A stretch of 64,000 nucleotides of DNA from an uncultured Actinomycetota bacterium (GCA_963736375.1 CAVTOL010000038.1:70274-134273), one strand, 5' to 3'; counted from the first letter of the stretch, positions 20,369 through 31,720 are shown. Numbers and translations are program-made. Notes: generated from the letters alone by a model not told the origin.

Positions 20369-22885
20369 ATGGCGCACGTGACCAGGAGGGGCGAGCTGCG
20401 CATCTACCTCGGGATGGCCCCTGGTGTCGGCAAGACCTACGCCATGCTCGGCGAGGCCCGCCGTCGCAAGGAGCGCGGCACCGATGTGGTGGTCGGTCTC
20501 GTCGAGACGCACGGCCGCGCGAAGACGGCCGAGCTCATCGCCGAGCTCGAGGTTGTGCCCCGGCGGCCCCTTGGCGGCCACCCTGGGCTCGACGAGATGG
20601 ACCTCGACGCCGTCCTCGCGCGGCGTCCCGAGGTCGTCCTTGTCGACGAGCTCGCCCACACCAACGCCGCGGGTTCGCGCCACGCGAAGCGGTGGCAGGA
20701 CGTCGAGGAGCTGCTCGACGCGGGCATCGACGTCCTGACCACCGTCAACGTGCAGCACCTCGAATCGCTCAACGACGTCGTCGAACGGATCACCGGCGTG
20801 CGGCAGAGGGAGACCGTCCCCGACGAGGTCGTGCGCAGGGCCGAGCAGATCGAACTGGTCGACATCACCCCGGAAGCGCTGCGCAGGCGGCTCGCGCACG
20901 GCAACGTCTACGCCGCGGAGACGGTCGACGCCGCATTGGCCAACTACTTCCAGCCTGGCAACCTCACCGCGCTGCGCGAGCTGGCGCTGCTCTGGGTGGC
21001 CGACGAGGTCGACGTGGCGTTGCGGCGCTACCGCACCGAGAAGAACGTGACCGAGACGTGGGAGACCCGCGAGCGCGTCGTGGTCGCGCTGACCGGCGGC
21101 AAGGAGAGCGAGACCGTGCTGCGGCGGGCAGCGCGGATCGCGAAGCACGCGAACTCCGCCGACCTGCTCGCCGTGCACGTCCTGCGCGGTGACGGCCTCG
21201 TCGGAGCTCCGGTGGGCGCCATACCGAAGCTGCGGCGGCTCGCGGAGGACGTGGGCGCAAGCTTCCACACCGTCGTCGGCGGGGAGGACGTGCCCGCCGC
21301 GCTGCTCGAGTTCGCCCGCGGGGCCAACGCGACCCAGCTGGTGCTGGGCACGTCGCGACGCTCCCGGCTCGCGCGCACGTTCGCAGAAGGTGTCAGCGCT
21401 CGGGTGGTGCAGCAGTCCGGAACGATCGATGTGCACATGGTCAGCCACGATGAGGCCGGTCGCGGGCTCAGGCTGCCCGCGCTGCGCACCAGCCTCTCGG
21501 TGGCCCGCCGGGGTTTGGGCTGGGGACTCGCGGTGGTGCTGCCCCTGGTGGCGACCGGGCTCGGGGTCGGCGCGCGCGGGTGGCTGGGGCTCTCGACCGA
21601 TGTCGTCGTGTACTTCCTCGCCACGGTCGTCGTCGCGCTCGTCGGCGGCCTCGGGCCTGCCCTCGTCGCCGCCGTGTTCGGCGGCCTGCTGCTGAACTTC
21701 TTCCTCACGCCACCGCTGTACTCGTTCACGATCGCGGCGCCGGAGAACGCCGTCACGGTGGCCGCCATGATCCTGGTGGCGGTGCTGGTGGCGCTGGTGG
21801 TCGACCGTGCGGCCCGACGCGCCCAGCAGGCGGCCAGGGCGCGCGCGGAGGGGGCGCTGCTGGCCTCGTTCGCCCGCACCGTGCTGACCCGCACCGATCC
21901 GCTGCCCCGGCTGCTGGAGAAGGTGCGCGAGGCGTTCGGGCTCGGCTCGGTGGCCTTGCTGGAGCGGGTGTCGGGCGATACCTGGGTGTGTGTGACGTCG
22001 TCGGGCCCGATGGGCTGCGCCACGCCCGACGACGCCGACGTCGACGTCGCCGTCGAGGAGGATCTGCACCTCGTCGGCAGCGGACGGTCGCTGCCCGCTG
22101 CGGATCGGCGGCTGCTGGAGGTGGTCGGTGGCCAGGCGCTGTTGGCGCTGCGCAGCCAGCGCGCGGCGGCCCAGGCCGAGCAGTCGCGCAGGCGCGCCGA
22201 GGCCACCGAGATCCGCAGCGCGCTGCTCTCCGCCGTCGGGCACGACCTGCGCAGCCCGTTGACGTCGATCAAGGCAGCCGCGGGCAGCCTGCGCGACCCG
22301 AGCCTGCCGCTCTCGCCCGACGACCGGATCGAGCTGACCGCGACGATCGAGGAGTCGGTCGACCGGCTCGCCGCGCTCGTGGACAACCTGCTCGACTCCT
22401 CCCGGCTCGCCGCGGGTGCCGTGACGCCGCTGCTCGCGCCGGTCGGGTACGACGAGGTCGCGGTGCGGGCGCTGGCCGGGCTGGACGGCGCGGCCCGTGT
22501 GAAGGTCGACATCGACGAGACGCTGCCCGACGTCCTCGCCGACGCGGGGCTGCTGGAGCGCGTGGTGGCCAACGTCGTCGACAACGCGCTGCGCTATGCG
22601 GGGGGAGCGCCGATCGTGCTGCGGGCCAGCGCCCACAACGACCGCGTGGAGCTGCGCATCGTCGACACCGGGCCGGGTGTGTCGAAGCGGCAACGGGAGG
22701 AGCTGTTCGCGCCGTTCCGACGGCTCGGGGCCGCGCCAAGCGACCGCGACGGCGGCTCCGGCGTCGGGCTCGGCCTCTCCGTCGCCAGGGGGTTCACCGA
22801 GATCATGGGCGGCACGCTCACCGCTGAGGACACGCCCGGCGGCGGCCTGACCGTCGTGATCTCGCTGCCGCAGGCCGCCCGATGA
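20369..22885 (+). CDS. kdpD: sensor histidine kinase KdpD
   Basis: 838 aa with the N-terminal KdpD domain GMAPGVGKTYAML, a Usp-like region, 4 TM segments, and a HisKA/HATPase C-terminus. Confidence 0.93.
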   Translation: MAHVTRRGELRIYLGMAPGVGKTYAMLGEARRRKERGTDVVVGLVETHGRAKTAELIAELEVVPRRPLGGHPGLDEMDLDAVLARRPEVVLVDELAHTNAAGSRHAKRWQDVEELLDAGIDVLTTVNVQHLESLNDVVERITGVRQRETVPDEVVRRAEQIELVDITPEALRRRLAHGNVYAAETVDAALANYFQPGNLTALRELALLWVADEVDVALRRYRTEKNVTETWETRERVVVALTGGKESETVLRRAARIAKHANSADLLAVHVLRGDGLVGAPVGAIPKLRRLAEDVGASFHTVVGGEDVPAALLEFARGANATQLVLGTSRRSRLARTFAEGVSARVVQQSGTIDVHMVSHDEAGRGLRLPALRTSLSVARRGLGWGLAVVLPLVATGLGVGARGWLGLSTDVVVYFLATVVVALVGGLGPALVAAVFGGLLLNFFLTPPLYSFTIAAPENAVTVAAMILVAVLVALVVDRAARRAQQAARARAEGALLASFARTVLTRTDPLPRLLEKVREAFGLGSVALLERVSGDTWVCVTSSGPMGCATPDDADVDVAVEEDLHLVGSGRSLPAADRRLLEVVGGQALLALRSQRAAAQAEQSRRRAEATEIRSALLSAVGHDLRSPLTSIKAAAGSLRDPSLPLSPDDRIELTATIEESVDRLAALVDNLLDSSRLAAGAVTPLLAPVGYDEVAVRALAGLDGAARVKVDIDETLPDVLADAGLLERVVANVVDNALRYAGGAPIVLRASAHNDRVELRIVDTGPGVSKRQREELFAPFRRLGAAPSDRDGGSGVGLGLSVARGFTEIMGGTLTAEDTPGGGLTVVISLPQAAR

Positions 22886-23574
22886 CCGCGCACAGGGTGC
22901 TCGTCGTCGACGACGACCCCCAGATCCTGCGGGCGCTGCGTATCAACCTCAGCGCGCACGGCTACCAGGTCCTGCTCGCGCCGGATGGCGGCTCGGCGCT
23001 GCGCGCGGCCGCCGATGGCCACCCGGACGTCGTCGTGCTCGACCTCGGCCTGCCGGACATGGACGGCACAGAGGTCATCGCGGGCCTGCGCGGCTGGACG
23101 AGCGTGCCGATCATCGTGCTGTCCGCGAGGGTCGGCGGCGCCGAGACCGTGCGCGCGCTGGACGCGGGCGCCGACGACTACGTCACCAAGCCGTTCGGCA
23201 TGGCCGAGCTGCTCGCTCGGCTGCGTGCGGCGGTGCGGAGGGCGGCGGTGGCGACCGTCGACGGCGAAGCCACCGTCGACGCGGGCGACTTCACCGTCGA
23301 TCTCGCGGCGAAGAAGGTGACGCGTGCCGACGGCAAGGAAGTGCACCTCACCCCGACCGAGTGGGGCATCTTGGAGATGCTCGCGCGCCATCGCGGCAAG
23401 CTCGTCGGGCAGCGGGAGCTGCTCAAGGCGGTGTGGGGCCCCGGCTACGGCACGGAGACCAACTACCTGCGGGTGTACGTCGCCCAGCTGCGGCGCAAGC
23501 TGGAGCGCGAGCCGGGCAGGCCGCGCCACCTGATCACCGAACCGGGGATGGGTTACCGCTTCGAACCGGGGTGA
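22882..23574 (+). CDS. kdpE: response regulator KdpE (OmpR family)
   Basis: Receiver domain (VLVVDDDPQI..VVLDLGLPDMDG) plus a winged-helix C-terminus. ATGA overlap with kdpD. Confidence 0.92.
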   Translation: MTAHRVLVVDDDPQILRALRINLSAHGYQVLLAPDGGSALRAAADGHPDVVVLDLGLPDMDGTEVIAGLRGWTSVPIIVLSARVGGAETVRALDAGADDYVTKPFGMAELLARLRAAVRRAAVATVDGEATVDAGDFTVDLAAKKVTRADGKEVHLTPTEWGILEMLARHRGKLVGQRELLKAVWGPGYGTETNYLRVYVAQLRRKLEREPGRPRHLITEPGMGYRFEPG

Positions 23575-23637
23575 TCGCGTCGAGTGGCACCGCACGCACG
23601 TCCAGACCTGCGTGCGGTGCCACTCGCGCCGATCACG
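23571..23637. terminator. about 30-bp-arm palindrome, bidirectional terminator candidate between kdpE and the CAP gene
   Basis: GTGATCGCGtCGAGTGGCACCGCACGCA..TGCGTGCGGTGCCACTCGcGCCGATCAC. The left end contains the kdpE stop TGA. Confidence 0.65.
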
Positions 23638-23640
23638 GCG

Positions 23641-24249
23641 CTAGTAGCCGAAGTCCTGCGTCCAGTACATCCCGCGCGGGTCGAGACCGACGCCGACGGA
23701 GGTGAACTCGCAGTCCAGGATGTTGCGCCGGTGGCCGGGGGAGCCCATCCAGTCGGACATCACCTCCGCGGCCGAGCCCTGACCGTAGGCGATGTTCTCG
23801 CCGCCGTAATCGGGGTAGCCCGCGGCGGCCGTGCGGTCGGCGGGGGTGTCGCCGTCCGGGCTTTCGTGCTCGAAGTAGTGCCGGTTGACCATGTCAACGC
23901 TGTGCGCCCGTGCCGCGGCGGCGAGCCTGGTGTCGAAGCGCAGCGCGCCGCAGCCCGCCCGGATCCGCTCGGCGTTGGTGCGCGCCAGGACGTCGAGTTC
24001 CGGCCCGACGCCCTGCGGGGGCGCAGGCCGCGGCCTGGCGAGCGGCGCGGGTGCCACCGACGGCACCGCGGGAAGCGGGACGACCGGCATCGGCAACGTC
24101 GGCACCGGGAGGACCGGGAGGCCGAGGTCGGCCGACTCGCGGGGTGGCTTGCTCGTCGCCGTGGTGACGGCCAAGGTCGCACCGATGAGCAGGGTGCCCA
24201 CGCTGAGCCCCGTCAGCAGAGCTGCGCCACGACGCCGTAGGGCGATCAC
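23641..24249 (-). CDS. secreted CAP/SCP (YkwD-like) domain protein
   Basis: Signal peptide (V)IALRRRGAALLTGLSVGTLLIGATLA, a Pro-rich linker, and a C-terminal ..NAERIRAGC..HSVDMVNRHYFEHESPDG..GENIAYG..WMGSPGHRRNIL.. Confidence 0.8.
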   Translation of the reverse strand: MIALRRRGAALLTGLSVGTLLIGATLAVTTATSKPPRESADLGLPVLPVPTLPMPVVPLPAVPSVAPAPLARPRPAPPQGVGPELDVLARTNAERIRAGCGALRFDTRLAAAARAHSVDMVNRHYFEHESPDGDTPADRTAAAGYPDYGGENIAYGQGSAAEVMSDWMGSPGHRRNILDCEFTSVGVGLDPRGMYWTQDFGY

Positions 24250-24251
24250 GG

Positions 24252-24268
24252 TGCGCTACCGTAGCGCA
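24252..24268. promoter_or_regulatory. perfect palindrome TGCGCTAC-C-GTAGCGCA between divergent start codons
   Basis: 8-bp arms fill the 18-bp gap between the CAP gene start (24249) and the acyP ATG (24268). Confidence 0.3.
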
Positions 24269-24549
24269 TGGCCGAAGAGACGGTCCGACTGACCGCCTGG
24301 GTACACGGACACGTGCAGGGCGTCGGTTTCCGCTGGTGGACGCGGTGTCGTGCCCTGGAGCTCGGCCTTGTCGGCGAAGCGCGCAACCTCCCGGACCGCC
24401 GGGTCGCGGTGGTTGCGGAGGGTAGTCGCCAGGCCTGCGAGGAGCTGCTCGGTGCCCTCCGCGGCGGCGGAGCGCCGGGCCGGGTCGCGGGCGTCGTCGA
24501 GCGTTGGGGAGAGGCCCGCGGCGGGCTGCGCGGCTTCACCGAAGCCTGA
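24268..24549 (+). CDS. acyP: acylphosphatase
   Basis: 93 aa with ..[31 protein letters not shown].. motifs. Confidence 0.9.
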   Translation: MAEETVRLTAWVHGHVQGVGFRWWTRCRALELGLVGEARNLPDRRVAVVAEGSRQACEELLGALRGGGAPGRVAGVVERWGEARGGLRGFTEA

Positions 24550-24627
24550 CCGAGGGCCCGACCTCCCCGGACGCCGGTCGTCCGCCCGGTACGCTCGCGG
24601 GACCTCGATTTACCCCGGAGCCTCCCC

Positions 24628-27600
24628 GTGCACCTCAAGAGCCTCACGCTGAAGGGCTTCAAGTCCTTCGCCTCGGCCACGACGCTGCGCCTCGAACCGG
24701 GCATCACCTGCGTCGTCGGCCCGAACGGCTCGGGGAAGTCCAACGTCGTCGACGCCATCAGCTGGGTGCTGGGCGAGCAGGGCGCGAAGGCGCTGCGCGG
24801 CGGGAAGATGGAGGACGTCATCTTCGCGGGCACCTCCGGCCGGGCGCCGCTCGGCCGCGCCGAGGTGACGCTCACGATCGACAACACCGACGGCGCGCTG
24901 CCCATCGACTACGCCGAGGTGTCGATCACCCGGCGCATGTTCCGCGACGGCGCGGGCGAGTACGAGATCAACGGCAGCCACTGCCGTCTGCTCGACATCC
25001 AGGAGCTGCTGTCCGATTCCGGCATCGGCAGGGAGATGCACGTCATCGTCGGGCAGGGCCAGCTCGACTCGGTGCTCTCGTCGAAGCCGGAGGACCGACG
25101 CGCCTACATCGAGGAGGCCGCGGGCGTCCTCAAACACCGCAAGCGCAAGGAGAAGGCGCTCCGCAAGCTCGACGCGATGCAGGCCAACCTCACCAGGCTC
25201 ACCGACCTCACCGCCGAGCTGCGCCGCCAGCTCAAGCCGCTCGGGCGGCAGGCCGAGATCGCGCGCCGGGCCCAGGCCGTGCAATCCGAGCTCCGCGACG
25301 CCCGGCTGCGGCTGGCCGCCGACGACCTCGTCACGCTGCGCGACGAGCTCGCCAAGGAGGAGGCCGACGAGGCGAGCGCACGGGCGCGCCGCGCCGAGGT
25401 GGAGGCCCAGCTCGCCGCCGCCCGCGTCGAACAGGAACGGCTGGAGGCCGCGCTCGCCGACGACGCGCCACGGCTCGCGGCGGCGCAGGACACCTGGTAC
25501 CGCCTGTCCGCGTTGGCCGAGCGGCTCGCGGGCACCGTCCGGCTTGCCAAGGAACGGGCGCGGCACCTCGCGGCCTCGGCCGAGGCGCGCACACCGGGCC
25601 GCGACCCCGACCAGCTCGACGCCGAGGCCGACGCGATAGCCGAGCAGGAGGAAGGGCTGGTCGCGGCGGTCGTGGAGGCGCGGCGCGCGCTCTCGGAGAT
25701 CACCGAGGCGCGGGCCGAGCACGAGCGCACGCTGGCGGCGGCCGAGCGGGCCCACCTCGCCGCCGTTCGGGCGCTCGCCGACCGGCGCGCAGGCCTCGCG
25801 ACCCTCGCAGGCCGAGCCGACGCGCTGCGCAGCGGGGCCGCTGCCACCGCGGAAGAGATCGAGCGGCTGTCCGACGCGCTCGGCGACGCGCAAGAACGGG
25901 CCGCGGCGGCCGACGTCGACCTGGCGGGGGCCCGGGAGGAGCTCACCGCACTCTCCGACGGCGACGCGTCCCTCGAGGAGCGCTGCGCACATGCGGGCGC
26001 GGCGCACGAGGGCGCGCGTGTGCGGGTGGCCGAGCTCGTGGCGCGCGAGCGGGAGGCCGAGCGGCAAAGGGCGCACTGGCGCGCGCGGGTGGAGGCGCTG
26101 TCGGTCGGGCTGGCGCGCCGCGACGGCTCGGCGGCACTCGTCGGGGCCGACGGCGTGCTGGGCACCGTGTCGGCGCTGGTCACGGTGGAGGCCGACGCCC
26201 GCGCGGCGGTCGCCGCGGCACTGGGTGAGCTGGCCGACGGACTGGCCGTGGCCGACCTCGGCACCGCACTGACGGCCCTCGGCGCGCTCCGTACCGGCGA
26301 CGCAGGCCGTGCCTCCCTCGTCGTCGCTGCCACTGACCATGATCGCCGGTTCGGTGCAGAAGGCGGCCAGAACTGGCCGGAAACGCGCCCAACCGTCGAT
26401 CACCCGGGCGCCATGGTGCCGGGGGCGCGGTGGGTGGCGTCCGCTGTGGCCGGGGACGGCCCCGTCGCCGAGGCGGTGCGGACCCTGCTGCACGGGATCG
26501 TGTTGGTCGGCGATCCTGATGCCGCGCGGCTGGTCGTTGCCGCCGGGCTCACCGCCGTCACCGTCGACGGGGACCTCATCGGGCCACACAGGGCGTCCGG
26601 CGGATCCGGGGCCGGAGGGGGCGCGCTCGACGTCCAGGCCGCGGTCGACGACGCTGCGGCCGCGCTGGCCGAGGTCGAGGACGAGATCGCCCGACTGCGC
26701 CCCGCTCTCGACGGCGCCCGCGCCGAGGAGGCCGCCCGCAAGGCCGACGTCGAGGCGGCGGGGCGGGAGCAGAGCGCCGCCGAACAGCGCCGCGCAGGCG
26801 CCGCAGCGCGACTCGGGGCGTATGAGCAGGCCGTCCGGTCGGCGGCGGGCGAGGCCGAGCGCCTGCGCACCCGTCGCGACGAGGTCGAGGCCCGCCGCTC
26901 CGACGCCCTGCTCGCGCTGGAGGCCGCGGAGCGCCAGCTCGCAGTGGCCGAGGACGAGCCCGTCGAGGACGAACCGGACACCGAGGTCCGCGACGCCGCC
27001 GCCGAGGCCGTCGAGACGGCACGCTCCGCGGAGGTCGAGGCCCGGTTGGCGTTGCGGACCACCGAGGAGCGGGCACGGGCGATCGCGGGCCGCGCCGAAT
27101 CCCTGCGCCGCCAGGCGAGCGCGGAGCGCCAGGCGCGCGGCCGCGCGGCCGCCGCCCGTGCGGCCAGGGAGCGCGGCGCGCGCATCGCCGCGCTGGTCGT
27201 CGAGGCGGGGGAGACGGCGTGCGGGCGGATCGCCGTGTCCCGCTCGGCCGCCGCCGAGGAACGCGACGCCGCCACGGCCGCCCGCGACTCACGCGAGCGC
27301 GGGCTTGGCGAGGCCCGGCTGGTCGTCGGCAGGCTCACGGCGCTGATGGAGAAGCTCACCGACGCCGTGCACCGCGACGAGGTGCTCCGCGCCGAGAACC
27401 GCCTGCGCCTTGAGCAGCTCACCGAGAAGGTGCTCGCCGACCACGGTCTCGGCGGCGACGACCTCGTCGCCGAGTACGGGCCCGAGGTCCTGGTGCCCGC
27501 TTCGGCCGCCGAGATGGCCGAGTACGAGGCCGCCCGCGAGCGCGGCGAGGACGTCACCGCGCCGCCCCCGATGCCCTACGACCGGGCCACCCAGCAGCGG

Positions 27601-28236
27601 CGCGCCCAGCGTGCCGAGAAGGACCTCGCGCTGCTGGGCAAGGTCAACCCGCTCGCGCTGGAGGAGTTCGCGGCGCTGGAGGAGCGCTACCGGTTCCTGT
27701 CCACCCAGCTGGAAGACCTCAAGAACACCCGGCGCGACCTGCTCACCGTCGTCCGCGAGGTCGACGACAAGATCCTCGAGGTGTTCGAGGAGGCGTACGC
27801 CGACGTCGCGCGCGAGTTCGTCACCGTCTTCGCCACCTTGTTCCCCGGAGGCGAAGGCAGGCTCGTGCTCACCGACCCCGAGGACATGCTCGCCACCGGC
27901 ATCGAGGTCGAGGCCCGTCCTCCCGGGAAGAAGGTCAAGCGGCTGTCGCTGCTCTCGGGCGGCGAGCGCTCACTCACCGCGATGGCGCTGCTCGTGGCGA
28001 TCTTCCGCGCCCGGCCGTCGCCGTTCTACGTGCTCGACGAGATCGAGGCCGCGCTCGACGACGTCAACCTGCGCCGGTTGATCTCGCTCATGGAGGAGCT
28101 TCGGGAGACCAGCCAGCTCATCGTGATCACCCACCAGAAGCCGACGATGGAGGTCGCCGACGCGCTGTACGGCGTGTCGATGCGCGGCGACGGCATCACC
28201 ACGGTGATCAGCCAACGCCTGCGCCCCGCGAGCTGA
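24628..28236 (+). CDS. smc: chromosome segregation protein SMC
   Basis: 1202 aa with N-terminal Walker A GPNGSGKSN, long coiled coils, a hinge, and C-terminal LSGGE / Walker B. Confidence 0.95.
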   Translation: MHLKSLTLKGFKSFASATTLRLEPGITCVVGPNGSGKSNVVDAISWVLGEQGAKALRGGKMEDVIFAGTSGRAPLGRAEVTLTIDNTDGALPIDYAEVSITRRMFRDGAGEYEINGSHCRLLDIQELLSDSGIGREMHVIVGQGQLDSVLSSKPEDRRAYIEEAAGVLKHRKRKEKALRKLDAMQANLTRLTDLTAELRRQLKPLGRQAEIARRAQAVQSELRDARLRLAADDLVTLRDELAKEEADEASARARRAEVEAQLAAARVEQERLEAALADDAPRLAAAQDTWYRLSALAERLAGTVRLAKERARHLAASAEARTPGRDPDQLDAEADAIAEQEEGLVAAVVEARRALSEITEARAEHERTLAAAERAHLAAVRALADRRAGLATLAGRADALRSGAAATAEEIERLSDALGDAQERAAAADVDLAGAREELTALSDGDASLEERCAHAGAAHEGARVRVAELVAREREAERQRAHWRARVEALSVGLARRDGSAALVGADGVLGTVSALVTVEADARAAVAAALGELADGLAVADLGTALTALGALRTGDAGRASLVVAATDHDRRFGAEGGQNWPETRPTVDHPGAMVPGARWVASAVAGDGPVAEAVRTLLHGIVLVGDPDAARLVVAAGLTAVTVDGDLIGPHRASGGSGAGGGALDVQAAVDDAAAALAEVEDEIARLRPALDGARAEEAARKADVEAAGREQSAAEQRRAGAAARLGAYEQAVRSAAGEAERLRTRRDEVEARRSDALLALEAAERQLAVAEDEPVEDEPDTEVRDAAAEAVETARSAEVEARLALRTTEERARAIAGRAESLRRQASAERQARGRAAAARAARERGARIAALVVEAGETACGRIAVSRSAAAEERDAATAARDSRERGLGEARLVVGRLTALMEKLTDAVHRDEVLRAENRLRLEQLTEKVLADHGLGGDDLVAEYGPEVLVPASAAEMAEYEAARERGEDVTAPPPMPYDRATQQRRAQRAEKDLALLGKVNPLALEEFAALEERYRFLSTQLEDLKNTRRDLLTVVREVDDKILEVFEEAYADVAREFVTVFATLFPGGEGRLVLTDPEDMLATGIEVEARPPGKKVKRLSLLSGGERSLTAMALLVAIFRARPSPFYVLDEIEAALDDVNLRRLISLMEELRETSQLIVITHQKPTMEVADALYGVSMRGDGITTVISQRLRPAS
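26339..26403. repeat. about 65-bp palindromic element, copy b, in-frame inside the smc hinge-proximal region
   Basis: atGATCGCCGGTTCGGTGCagaaggcGGCCAGAac..gcGCccAACCGtCGATCAC. It shares an exact 17-mer (gatcgccggttcggtgc) with the intergenic copy at 58558. It encodes DRRFGAEGGQNWPETRPTVD. Confidence 0.65.
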
Positions 28237-28280
28237 CGCCTCGGCGCACCTCGCAACGCCCGGCGTGACAGGGTGGACGG

Positions 28281-29787
28281 GTGACGCAGACCCTGTGGAT
28301 CGTCATCGTGGTCGTCGCGGTGCTCATCGTCTTGGCGGTGGTGCTGGGGCTCGTCCTGCGCCGCAGTCGTCGGATCAGCCTGCGCGAGCCCGAGAAGCGC
28401 GAGGAGCTGCCGCCTCGCGGTGGCTCCTACAAGGCAGAGGGCGGGATCGTCTTCTCCGCGGGCGGCGAAGCACCCGCTCCACCGAGAGGCACGGATTCGT
28501 CGGCACGGGAGCAGATCGCTGAGTCTCGAGCGGCAGCCCCGGACAGCGCGCCCCCCGCGAGCCCGCCCCCGCCGCCGAGCCCGCCCCCGGCTGCCGCGCC
28601 CACGCCCGACGCGCCCGCCGCGAATGCGCCTGCGCGCGCCACGCCGCCGCGCCCGCCGCCGACGCGCCCGCGCGCCGCCGCGCCCGCCGCCGACCGCGCC
28701 CGCGCCCGACGCGCCCGCCCCGAATGCGCCCGCCGCGCCGTCCCTCCCGCCCACCCCACTCGCCCCGCCACCTGCCACTGCCCCGGCTCCTGCGCCCGTG
28801 GGCCCTTCGGGCAACGGCGCCCCCGCCCCCGCCGCCGACATCACCCCCGCGCCCGCCGCCGACATCGCCCCCGCCGAGGGCAGGCTGGAGCGCCTGCGCG
28901 GGCGGCTGTCCCGCTCCCGCAGCGGGTTCGGGCAGGGCCTGCTCGGCCTGCTCGGCGCGGGGGAGCTGGACGAGGAGTCCTGGGAGGACGTCGAGGCCAC
29001 CCTCCTCCAGGCCGACCTCGGTCCCGAGATGACCATGGAGATCGTCGCGGCCCTCCGCACCGAGCTGGCCCGCCGCGCGGTCCGCACCACCGACCAGGCC
29101 CGCTCCGTGCTCCGCGACGTCCTCACCGACGCCCTCCGCATCGACCTCGACCGCTCCGTGCGCGCCCTTCCCCACGACGGAAGGCCGGGAGTGCTGCTGA
29201 TCGTCGGGGTCAACGGCACCGGCAAGACCACCACCACCGGCAAGCTCGCCCGCGTGCTCGTCGCGAGCGGGCGCCACGTCGTGCTCGGCGCCGCCGACAC
29301 GTTCCGCGCCGCGGCCGCCGAACAGCTCACTACCTGGGGTGAACGGGCGGGCGCCACCGTCGTGCGCGGCCCTGAGGGCGCCGACCCGGCCAGCGTTGCC
29401 TTCGACGCCGTCAAGCAGGGCGGCGAAGAGGGCGCCGACGCCGTGCTCCTCGACACGGCAGGGCGCCTGCACACCAAGACCGGGTTGATGGACGAGCTGG
29501 GCAAGGTCAAGCGGGTCGTGTCCCGCCAGGCCCTCGTCGACGAGGTGCTGCTCGTGCTCGACGCCACCACCGGCCAGAACGGCCTCACGCAGGCCCGGGT
29601 GTTCGGCGACGTCGTCGACGTCACCGGCATCGTCCTCACGAAGCTCGACGGCACCGCCAAGGGCGGCATCGTGTTCCGCGTGCAGCGTGAACTGGGGGTG
29701 CCGGTGAAGCTGGTCGGCCTCGGCGAGGGCCCGGACGACCTCGCGCCGTTCGAGCCTGCTGCGTTCGTCGACGCCCTCCTGGAGTGA
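28281..29787 (+). CDS. ftsY: signal recognition particle receptor FtsY (reading frame broken in the Pro/Ala repeat near 28630-28700 as sequenced)
   Basis: The N-terminal TM anchor plus ..RRSRRISL..GGSYKAEGGIVFS.. is in frame 0. The ..APAEGRLERLRGRLSRS.. A-domain and NG domain (GVNGTGKTTT, DTAGR, TKLDG) are in frame 1. Confidence 0.85.
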
Positions 29788-29833
29788 TCAGGGAAGTGAC
29801 GGCGGTCTCCGACCTCGGTGTTCGCCCGGAGCG

Positions 29834-29910
29834 GTAACGCGGCCGTAACCCGCTCGGGCTACCCGTTCACGGCGGCGCAACACGACGCGACCTTCGCGGA
29901 AACACGTCAC
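29834..29910 (+). promoter_or_regulatory. possible GlnR operator half-sites upstream of amtB
   Basis: GTAAC-n6-GTAAC (29834-29849), TTCAC-n6-GCAAC (29866-29881), and GAAAC..GTCAC (29899-29910). These resemble the published gTnAc-n6-GaAAc repeat pattern only approximately. Confidence 0.3.
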
Positions 29911-29954
29911 CCCGAGTATTCCCTCCAGCCTGGCCGACCAGCAGGAGGGAAACC

Positions 29955-31712
<1,758 letters not shown>

Positions 31713-31720
31713 GACGACGA

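Noticed and set aside
20306-22693. 795-aa ORF antisense to kdpD, and similar long antisense ORFs (24610-26589 and 26400-27557 vs smc, 28026-29669 vs ftsY, 29907-31802 vs amtB, 13369-15435 vs pyc/rsmD, 8429-9649 vs recG, 32683-34404 vs glnD, 47249-48787 vs yifB)
   Set aside because: Their translations are low-complexity R/G/P/A-rich with no recognisable motifs. The opposite strand in each case encodes a full-length, motif-complete conserved protein.
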